A DNA stretch of 15,575 nt from the NCBI GenBank assembly GCA_016184305.1, contig JACPCX010000030.1, positions 1-15,575 on the forward strand, in the 5' to 3' direction. Origin of the DNA: Candidatus Rokuibacteriota bacterium (GTDB taxonomy: Bacteria; Methylomirabilota; Methylomirabilia; Rokubacteriales; CSP1-6). Position 1 is the first letter of the stretch; every line of letters starts with the position of its first letter. The notes under the pieces were generated by a model. The model saw only the letters and a program-made list of their open reading frames with translations. It did not search any database and was not told the DNA's origin. Position numbers and translations under genes: made by a program. Positions 9,322 through 15,575 of this stretch are shown one piece after another.

Positions 9322-10488
9322 ATGAGTGACATGTCATTCGCCCTCACCGACGAGCAGAAGGCGCTCAAGGCCGCCGTGTCCGACCTGTGCAAGCAGTACC
9401 CGGCCCAGTACTGGCGCGACCTCGACACGCGGCGCGAGTACCCCGACGCCTTCGTCAACGAGCTGACCAAGGCCGGCTACCTCGCCGTGCTGATCCCGCA
9501 CGAGTACGGGGGCGCGGGGCTCGGGATCATGGAGGCCGCGCTCATCCTGGAGGAGATCAACCGCTCGGGCGGCAATGCCGGCGCCTGCCACGCCCAGATG
9601 TACATCATGGGCACCGTGCTCCGCCACGGCTCCGAAGCGCAGAAGCGGCAGTACCTGCCCAAGCTCGCCACGGGGGAGCTCAGGCTCCAGGCCTTCGGCG
9701 TCACCGAGCCCAACGCCGGCTCGGACACGACGAAGCTGCAGACCACGGCCGTCCGCGCCGGCGATCGCTACGTGGTCAACGGCCAGAAGATGTTCATCTC
9801 CCGGGTGCTGCAGTCGGACCTCATGCTGCTCCTCGCTCGCACCACGCCCGTGGACCAGGTGAAGCGGAAGACGGACGGGCTGAGCGTCTTCCTCGTCGAC
9901 ATCCGTGACCTCAAGGGGCTCGAGGTGCGGCCGCTCCGCATGATGATGAACCACTCCACCAATGCCCTCTTCTTCGACAACATGGAGATCCCGGCGGACA
10001 GCCTCATCGGACAGGAGGGCAAGGGCTTCTCGTACATCCTCGACGGCATGAACGCCGAGCGCATCCTGGTCGCCTCCGACTCGCTCGGCGACGGGCGCTG
10101 GTTCATCGAGAAGGCGGTGGCCTACGCGAGCCAGCGCGTCATCTTCGGCAAGCCCATCGGCGCCAACCAGGGCGTGCAATTCCCCATCGCCAGGGCCCAC
10201 ATGGCCGTGGAGGCCGCCGATCTCATGCGGACCAAGGCGGCCAGGCTCTTCGACGCCGGCCTGCCCTGCGGGCCCGAGGCCAACATGGCCAAGTTCCTGG
10301 CGGCCGAGGCCGCCATCGAGGCGGGGAACGCGTGCATCGACTGCCACGGCGGCTACGGTTTCGCCGAGGAGTACGACGTGGAGCGCAAGTTCCGGGAGTC
10401 GCGGCTCTACCGGGCGGCGCCCATCAACAACAACCTCATCATGGCCTTCGTCGGCGAGCACGTGCTCGGCATGCCGCGCTCGTACTGA
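9322..10488 (+). CDS. Acyl-CoA dehydrogenase
   Basis: 388 aa with IPHEYGGAGLG, VTEPNAGSD, NGQKMFIS, NAERI, FGKPIGANQGVQF and HGGYGFAEEYDVERKFRE. SD GAGG upstream. Confidence 0.93.
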   Translation: MSDMSFALTDEQKALKAAVSDLCKQYPAQYWRDLDTRREYPDAFVNELTKAGYLAVLIPHEYGGAGLGIMEAALILEEINRSGGNAGACHAQMYIMGTVLRHGSEAQKRQYLPKLATGELRLQAFGVTEPNAGSDTTKLQTTAVRAGDRYVVNGQKMFISRVLQSDLMLLLARTTPVDQVKRKTDGLSVFLVDIRDLKGLEVRPLRMMMNHSTNALFFDNMEIPADSLIGQEGKGFSYILDGMNAERILVASDSLGDGRWFIEKAVAYASQRVIFGKPIGANQGVQFPIARAHMAVEAADLMRTKAARLFDAGLPCGPEANMAKFLAAEAAIEAGNACIDCHGGYGFAEEYDVERKFRESRLYRAAPINNNLIMAFVGEHVLGMPRSY

Positions 10489-10514
10489 CCCATGGCCCCC
10501 TGGGAGACGACCCC

Positions 10515-11471
10515 ATGACCCTGGCGAAGCGCGTGACGATCTGCGAGGTGGGGACGCGGGACGGGTTCCAGATCGAGCCCGGCTTCATCCCGACGGAACA
10601 GAAGATCGAGGTGGTGGACCGCCTCTCGGCGACGGGCATGCCGAAGATCGAGGTGACGTCCTTCGTCTCCCCCAAGGCCGTCCCCCAGCTGCGGGACGCC
10701 GAGGAGGTGATGGCAAGGATCACGCGACGTCCGGGCACCGTGTACTCGGCGCTCGTCCCCAACGACAAGGGCGCCGTGCGGGCCGTGGACGCCCGGGTGG
10801 ACGAGATCCACACCGTGGTCTCGGCCAGCGAGAGCCACAACCTCGCCAACGTGAACATGACCATCGCCGAGTCCATGGTGAAGCTCCGCGCCGTGGCCGA
10901 GGTGGCCCGGCGCGCCCGCGTGGCGATCGCGGCCGGAATCTCGTGTTCCTTCGGCTGCCCCTTCGAGGGCGAGGTGCCGGTGGACCGGCTCGAGTCCGTG
11001 GTGGCGCGGCTGGTGGAGCTTGGCGCCCGCGCCATCGGGCTGGCCGACACCACCGGCATGGCCAACCCGGCCCAGGTGGCCCGGGTGCTCGAGCGGCTGA
11101 TGCCTCGCTTTCCAGGGATCGAGTGGACGCTTCACACCCACGACACGCGCGCCATGGCCATCCCGAACGTCCTCGCCGCCATGGAGATGGGCGTGACCCA
11201 GGTCGACGCTTCGATCGGAGGGCTCGGCGGCTGTCCCTTCGCCCCGGGCGCCTCGGGTAATGTCTGCACCGAGGACCTGATCCACTGCCTGCACGCCATG
11301 GGCGTCGACACCGGCGTGGATCTCGACGCCCTCATCGCGACCTCGAGGCGCGTGCAGGAGATCGTGGGGCGCCCGCTGCCGGGCCAGATCGTCAAGGCCG
11401 GAAAGTGGGACCGGCGCTATCCCCTCCCCGACGGCGTCCAGGCGCGACTCGCCGCGCTGGGTGCTTCGTGA
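10515..11471 (+). CDS. Hydroxymethylglutaryl-CoA lyase family (DRE-TIM) enzyme
   Basis: 318 aa from MTLAKRV (GGGAG upstream), with EVGTRDGFQ, SFVSPKAVPQL, LADTTG, HTHDT and GGLGGCPFAPGASGNV. Confidence 0.92.
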   Translation: MTLAKRVTICEVGTRDGFQIEPGFIPTEQKIEVVDRLSATGMPKIEVTSFVSPKAVPQLRDAEEVMARITRRPGTVYSALVPNDKGAVRAVDARVDEIHTVVSASESHNLANVNMTIAESMVKLRAVAEVARRARVAIAAGISCSFGCPFEGEVPVDRLESVVARLVELGARAIGLADTTGMANPAQVARVLERLMPRFPGIEWTLHTHDTRAMAIPNVLAAMEMGVTQVDASIGGLGGCPFAPGASGNVCTEDLIHCLHAMGVDTGVDLDALIATSRRVQEIVGRPLPGQIVKAGKWDRRYPLPDGVQARLAALGAS

Positions 11472-11541
11472 CCAAGGCCGCGCTGCGCATGCTGCGCCTG
11501 ATAAACTGCATGGAAGTCTCCGTGTTCCGCGGGTAGGTCGA

Positions 11542-12045
11542 ATGTTCGACGAGCGCCTCGACCCCGAATTCGTCAAGCACCTCTTCGAGACGACGGACAT
11601 CGTGCGGAAGCCCGTGACCGGCATCATCGCCGGCTACCACGTGCTGCCCTATATCCTGGTGGGACCCCAGGAGGACCGGCCGGCGCGCTCGGTGGAGATC
11701 CGCGGGAAGATCAAGGTCTCCCCGCGGCTGGTGCTCGCGCCCGGGCACGCCGGGCAGACCTACGGCGATCTCTTCAAGGAGTCGGAGGTGATGGACCGGG
11801 CGCTGGTGGCGCGGGTCTTCTCCTTCATGTACTCCTCCCGGCACCAGGTCACGCTCGAGAGCGAGGACCTCTCCATCCAGCGGTGGGACCGGGACCCGCA
11901 GGCCCAGATCGAGCGCGCGCTCGACGAGCTGACGCAGCGGGAAGTCATCAACACGGGGGTCATCCTGTCGCCCAACGTCCGCTTCTACCCCGTGTCGCTC
12001 GACCGGTTCATCACGGAGATCCTCGACCAGGAGTTCCGGCACTAG
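11542..12045 (+). CDS. Hypothetical protein
   Basis: 167 aa from MFDERLDP with host-like GC3 codon usage. Extended -10 TGATAAACT at 11499-11507. No family recognised. Confidence 0.75.
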   Translation: MFDERLDPEFVKHLFETTDIVRKPVTGIIAGYHVLPYILVGPQEDRPARSVEIRGKIKVSPRLVLAPGHAGQTYGDLFKESEVMDRALVARVFSFMYSSRHQVTLESEDLSIQRWDRDPQAQIERALDELTQREVINTGVILSPNVRFYPVSLDRFITEILDQEFRH

Positions 12046-12193
12046 CAGGCTGCTGAAAAAGGCCCATCTGCTTCGTTGGCGCCCTCGGCCGCACGCTCAA
12101 CGTACAGAAAGTACGCCTCGCGTGTGGCCGTCGGGCGCCGCCTCGCATCTGGACCTTTTTGAGCAGCCTGCGAGTTTTTCAGCGGGCTGCTGG
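12042..12193. mobile_element. MITE-like / long palindromic non-autonomous repeat
   Basis: 27-bp imperfect inverted repeat (23/27): GCAGGCTGCTGAAAAAGGCCCATCTGC 12045-12071 versus 12145-12171, with nested inner stems. A second partner end TTTTTCAGCGGGCTGCTGG lies at 12175-12193. The element begins at CTAG, which contains the upstream stop codon. Confidence 0.75.
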
Positions 12194-12234
12194 CGGGCCG
12201 TTTCGAGCGGCCGGCGGAGTGTCCCCGCATCCTG

Positions 12235-12693
12235 CTACTGGAACGCGCGGCTGGCCGCGATCTCCGGCGGGATCTGGAAGAGGTACTCGCGCAGGTACTC
12301 GAGCTCCTCACCCTGGGCGCGCATCTCCACCCGCATGAGGTCGCGGATGGAGAGCATGGACAGGAGCCGGCCCTCGCTGACCACGGGGAGGTGGCGGATG
12401 TTGGCCTGGTCCATCTTGCGCATGGCCGACTGGTAGTCCTCGTCCACGTCGCCCACCACGAGCTCGGTGGTCATGACCTCCCCGACGGGGGTGCGCGCCG
12501 GGTCGAGGCCGGGCTCCACCACGCGGCGGACCACGTCGCGCTCAGAGAACACGCCGGTCAGCCTGTCGCCGTCGAGGACGACGACGATGCCCACGTTGTG
12601 CTCGGTCATGGCGCGCACGGCCTCCGACACCGTGGCGCTCTTCTGGACAATGAAGAGGAACGAAGGGCGCATGATGTCGCGCAGCGTCTTCAT
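12235..12693 (-). CDS. CBS-domain pair protein
   Basis: 152 aa from MKTLRDIM (GGAGG SD), with TVSEAVRAM..VGIVVV..GVFSERD and IRHLPVV..LSIRDL. Confidence 0.9.
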   Translation of the reverse strand: MKTLRDIMRPSFLFIVQKSATVSEAVRAMTEHNVGIVVVLDGDRLTGVFSERDVVRRVVEPGLDPARTPVGEVMTTELVVGDVDEDYQSAMRKMDQANIRHLPVVSEGRLLSMLSIRDLMRVEMRAQGEELEYLREYLFQIPPEIAASRAFQ

Positions 12694-12751
12694 GGCGGCA
12701 CCTCCCTCGAAGGCAGTTCGCCCCGGGCCCGGGAATCGACTGGGTTCCCTG

Positions 12752-12780
12752 ACGCTACTCCTTGGGACAGCGGAGCGCAA
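12752..12780 (-). promoter_or_regulatory. Possible sigma70-type promoter for the CBS gene
   Basis: Minus strand TTGCGC (12775-12780) - 17 nt - TAGCGT (12752-12757). Confidence 0.35.
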
Positions 12781-12849
12781 CCGTGATGCGGCCCCCGCGG
12801 CGTGGGGGAGACTGCCCCGCATGCGCGCGTGGGTGCCGTCGCGTCTCGG

Positions 12850-13116
12850 CCCAACGTGGCACCGTCCATCATCATCGTGGTGACCCTGCAGTTCTCCCAG
12901 TTCATCGTGGCCGAGGCGGCCATCTTCTTCCTGGGCTTCGGGGTGCAGCCGCTCACGCCCGCGTGGGGCAGCATGCTCTCGGAGAGCCGCGACTTCCTCT
13001 ACGTGGCGTGGTGGCTCGCGGCCTTTCCCGGGGCGGCGCTGGCGCTGACGGCGCTCGGGATCAACCTCGTGGGCGACTGGCTGCGCGGCATCCTGGACCC
13101 CAAGTTCCGAGTCTGA
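12850..13116 (+). pseudogene. Orphan C-terminal fragment of a DppC/OppC-type peptide ABC permease
   Basis: PNVAPSIIIVVTLQFSQFIVAEAAIFFLGFGVQPLTPAWGSML...WWLAAFPG...INLVGDWLRGILDPK is the last third of DppC. No N-terminal part or SD upstream. Confidence 0.85.
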
Positions 13117-13126
13117 CCGCCGCGCG

Positions 13127-13579
13127 TCAGTCGGCCGGCCGCCACAGGGAGAATCCGGCCACGACGAAGTCGCCGTCGAAGCCGAGGGCCGTGGGGCAGG
13201 CCGTCGCCTCCATCACGGCGAAGCTCACCGCGTCGGTGTAGCTGATCCGCTGATCGGGCAGACGGTCCAGCCACGCGAGCGCCTCCCGGTGATGGGAGGC
13301 CGTGGCGAACTCGATGGTGAGGAGCGTACTGGCCTCTAGCCGATCGAGGACGCGGCGGGCGGCCTGCGGGCCCGCCCGGAAGAGGAGGAGGCGATGAGTC
13401 TCGCCCAGGACGAGGTTGGTCGTGATGAGCCGCCGGCGCTGGGCCGCGGCCGCTTCGAATCGCTCGTGGGCCTCGGCATGGTGCTGGTCTCGCGCGCTGA
13501 CCAGCGCGATCCAGCCGCTGCTATCGACGAACAGGCGGCCGGCGGTGGCGGACCCGGTACGGTGATGCCTTGTCGGCAA
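13127..13579 (-). CDS. vapC: PIN-domain toxin (VapC family)
   Basis: Acidic PIN residues in FVDSSGW, VLGET, SYTDAVSF and FDGDF. TTG start with GAGGA upstream. Overlaps the antitoxin 3' end by 59 bp. Confidence 0.88.
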   Translation of the reverse strand: MPTRHHRTGSATAGRLFVDSSGWIALVSARDQHHAEAHERFEAAAAQRRRLITTNLVLGETHRLLLFRAGPQAARRVLDRLEASTLLTIEFATASHHREALAWLDRLPDQRISYTDAVSFAVMEATACPTALGFDGDFVVAGFSLWRPAD

Positions 13580-13802
13580 CGAAGGTTTCCTCGAGGTAAC
13601 GATCCACCTGCTCGCTCACGTCCGGAGGCAGGCCGTCGATCATCCCGCTGGCGTGGAGGAGAGGTTCGTCCTGCCGTGGGCGGGTGAGCGCGCGCACCGC
13701 GACGCGGACGGCCTGCGACTTGGTCCAACCGCGAGCCCGGGCCCACCGCTCGAGCCGCTCGAGGTCGGCCTCGTCCAGATAGATCTGTAGTGGCCGTGTC
13801 AT
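13521..13802 (-). CDS. Ribbon-helix-helix (CopG-like) antitoxin
   Basis: 93 aa with N-terminal beta strand LQIYL, helices LERWARARG and TKSQAVRVAV, and a C-terminal DVSEQVDRYL typical of VapB partners. Lies directly upstream of the PIN gene. Confidence 0.82.
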   Translation of the reverse strand: MTRPLQIYLDEADLERLERWARARGWTKSQAVRVAVRALTRPRQDEPLLHASGMIDGLPPDVSEQVDRYLEETFVADKASPYRVRHRRPPVRR

Positions 13803-13852
13803 GATCTCGGAGGCTACCGACTCATGACGTCTTTGTCAATAGACTCATGAGT
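13799..13852 (-). promoter_or_regulatory. TA operon promoter with three TCATGA operator boxes
   Basis: TTGACA (13834-13839) - 17 nt - TAGCCT (13811-13816) - 8 nt - ATG. TCATGA at 13799, 13822 and 13845. Confidence 0.8.
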
Positions 13853-13936
13853 GGCTCGTGGGCGATCGCCCCGGTGTACGATCCCCCCCGTGACCTCAGG
13901 AACCGACATCGCCATCAGACCGCGCCGCACCTGCCG

Positions 13937-14205
13937 GGCTGGGCCCAGGTGAAAGAGGTCCAGATCGCCAACGACTACGAGCAGCTCTTCCAGGGTACCC
14001 CGACCTACTCCTCCCACGGCGGGAACAAGGCGCTGGAGGCCAAGATCGCCCAGGCCGTGACCGTCGTGGTCCGAAGAAGCGGATCGAGGCGTGGGCGGAG
14101 ATCCAGCAGATGGTGGGCGATGAGATCCCGTGGGTCTTCCTCTGGCAGCAGCACGACATCTACGGCGTCGCCGCCTGGATCGACTGGAACCCGCGGGCCG
14201 GCTGA
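13937..14205 (+). pseudogene. Frameshifted C-terminal remnant of a DppA/OppA-type (family 5) substrate-binding protein
   Basis: Frame 2 ..GNKALEAKIAQAVTVV shifts near 14070 to frame 1 PKKRIEAWAEIQQMVGDEIPWVFLWQQHDIYGVAAWIDWNPRAG*. The 5' boundary is approximate. Confidence 0.78.
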
Positions 14206-14236
14206 GTGGGTCGAGGTCGTAGGGGGAGTGGCTGGG

Positions 14237-14380
14237 TCAGGCGGGAGGCGCCTCCGTCTCGTCCTGGGGGCTCTCGGTGCCGGCGGCCGCGTCCTCCGCC
14301 GCTGTCCGCTGCTCCTGCGCGGGATCAGTCAGATCGGAGAGCGCTCTCAGCTCCAGGTCGTACCAGGGGTCGGTGCTCAT
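14237..14380 (-). CDS. Small acidic hypothetical protein (47 aa), absent from the ORF track
   Basis: MSTDPWYDLELRALSDLTDPAQEQRTAAEDAAAGTESPQDETEAPPA*, with GGAGAGG 7 nt upstream of the ATG. Confidence 0.45.
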   Translation of the reverse strand: MSTDPWYDLELRALSDLTDPAQEQRTAAEDAAAGTESPQDETEAPPA

Positions 14381-14474
14381 CGCGTCGCCTCTCCGGTGCT
14401 GGTGTCACGCACCTGCCGGTCGGTGGCTCGACCATGGCGGCCCGCTGGGGGCTCTCGCTGCCGGCCCCTCACGG

Positions 14475-14491
14475 AGCATGACGGATGCCAG
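14475..14491 (-). promoter_or_regulatory. Possible sigma54 (-24/-12) promoter
   Basis: Minus strand CTGGCATCCGTCATGCT has GG-N10-GC spacing and points toward the 47-aa ORF. Confidence 0.4.
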
Positions 14492-14638
14492 ACACCGAGA
14501 CGAGCGCAAACAGCAGTTTTCGCGCGCCGAGACGGGAACGGCGCGACATTCTGCCTGACCGTTTCGGCGCCTGGCCAGGGCGAGCCGGTGCGCATCGAAC
14601 CTTCAACGCTGGTGAGACTGACACATGGACGCCCGGGT

Positions 14639-14851
14639 GCCATCACCGTACTGACCGGCGCCTTCCTGATCGACTGCACCGGCACGGAACCCGTGGACGG
14701 CGCCGCCGCCGTCATCGAGGGCGAGCGGATCACGGACGTGATTCGCTCCGGCAAGGTCGGCCCCCTCAAGGGGCGCGTCGAGACACTCTCCCTCAAGGGC
14801 CGCACCCACCTGATCATGAAGGGCGGCCGGGTCTACAAGCATGCGCTGTGA
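14639..14851 (+). pseudogene. Amidohydrolase-family remnant: N-terminus fused in frame to the extreme C-terminus
   Basis: AITVLTGAFLIDCTGTEPVDGAAAVIEGERITDV...LSLKGRT is joined directly to HLIMKGGRVYKHAL*. The PGLxDxHxH motif and the whole TIM barrel are missing, and there is no clear start codon. Confidence 0.8.
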
Positions 14852-14970
14852 CGCTCCACGGAATCCTTCGACGCCGGGCCAGAGGGGCGGGCCAGCAAAT
14901 CCTGCCGCGGCGACCAGCCCCGCGCCGGGCGGCGCGGTGGCCGTCGGGCTCCGCCAGTGGCGAACAACGG

Positions 14971-15477
14971 TCACTCGTCGGGGAAGGACGCCGCGCGCCT
15001 CTCGCGGAACGCGGCGATCCCCTCCACGAAGAAGCCGGCTGAGGCGCAGAGGATCTGACCGCGGTCCTCGAGCGCGATCGCCGTCTCCAGGCTCCCGCCC
15101 CCAAGGGCCAGGTTGAGCCCTTCCTTCGTCAGCCGCAATCCGAGCGGCGACGCGCGAAGCATCTCCTGGGCGAGGGCACGCGCGGTCGGCTCGAGAGCGT
15201 CCTCCGCGACGACGTCCGAGACGAGACCGACCCGCAACGCCCGCTCGGCGTCGATGAAGCGCCCGCTCATCATGAGCTCTGACGCCACCGAGGCCCCGAC
15301 CGCGCGTGGGAGGAAATAGCTGATCCCCACGTCGCACCCGGTCAGGCCCATGCGCACCATCGCGACGTTCATGCGAGCGCTCGGGGCCGCGAAGCGCACA
15401 TCCGAGGCAAGCGCGAGCGCGAAGCCGCCCCCCGTTGCCGCCCCGTGCACGAGGCAGATGATCGGCTGTGGGCAGCG
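14971..15477 (-). pseudogene. 5'-truncated enoyl-CoA hydratase/isomerase
   Basis: RCPQPIICLVHGAATGGGFALALASDVRFA...GISYFLPRAVG...EGIAAFRERRAASF. The crotonase N-terminal third (NRP..NA, FCAGxD) is absent. Confidence 0.8.
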
Positions 15478-15575
15478 AGGTAGTGCTGGCCCACCCACAC
15501 CGAGTCGAAGCCGAGCTCGCGCATGAGGCGCACCTGCTCCACCGTCTCGCGGAAGGCTGCCGCGGTATGGGTGCC
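15471..15575 (-). pseudogene. N-terminal fragment of an LLM-class (luciferase-like) flavin-dependent oxidoreductase
   Basis: My minus-strand translation from the window end is GTHTAAAFRETVEQVRLMRELGFDSVWVGQHYLAA (typical A..LGFDSVWvgeHH motif). It then runs out of frame into crotonase sequence. Confidence 0.75.

Noticed and set aside
12042..12311. 89-aa and 104-aa ORFs over the palindromic element
   Set aside because: They are translations of the repeat, and they overlap the CBS gene out of frame or antisense.
13860..13871. 12-bp palindrome GGGCGATCGCCC beside the TA promoter
   Set aside because: Short, GC-rich and without a matching partner at the other end of the TA module, so likely chance.
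13847..14851. 334-aa plus-strand ORF as a novel fusion protein
   Set aside because: It is a chance read-through of a DppA remnant, low-complexity non-coding sequence and an amidohydrolase remnant. Its ATG is part of a TCATGA operator box.

Overview
GC-rich bacterial window. Gene style and a long palindromic repeat at about 12.05 kb suggest a soil or aquifer lineage such as Ca. Rokubacteria (inference, not tested). Bases 220-11471 are mostly intact acyl-CoA/organic-acid catabolism genes: an alpha/beta hydrolase with an SCP2-like partner, a single-barrel MetE-like enzyme, an APH-family (ACAD10/LvaA-like) kinase, a bifunctional enoyl-CoA hydratase/3-hydroxyacyl-CoA dehydrogenase, and a CoA transferase - crotonase - acyl-CoA dehydrogenase - HMG-CoA-lyase-family operon. 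An AAA_14/DUF4143 ATPase interrupts this run. The right-hand 3 kb is a mosaic of gene remnants around an intact VapBC-like toxin-antitoxin pair. The most unusual signals are: (i) many splice-like junctions (LivH/LivF, DUF4143 nuclease core loss, amidohydrolase barrel loss, LLM/crotonase) plus a perfect 66-bp in-frame tandem duplication, indicating either active deletion-driven decay or assembly chimerism; (ii) a 110-bp direct-repeat-bounded segment that duplicates the MetE-like N-terminus and creates a translationally coupled 36-aa leader ORF; (iii) a 127-152-bp MITE-like nested hairpin at a CTAG stop codon; (iv) several leaderless promoters, two with clear operator geometry; (v) an unlisted 47-aa acidic ORF behind a sigma54-like motif. 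No CRISPR array, tRNA, rRNA or transposase was seen. I cannot claim a proven novel system; the best candidates are listed with tests.
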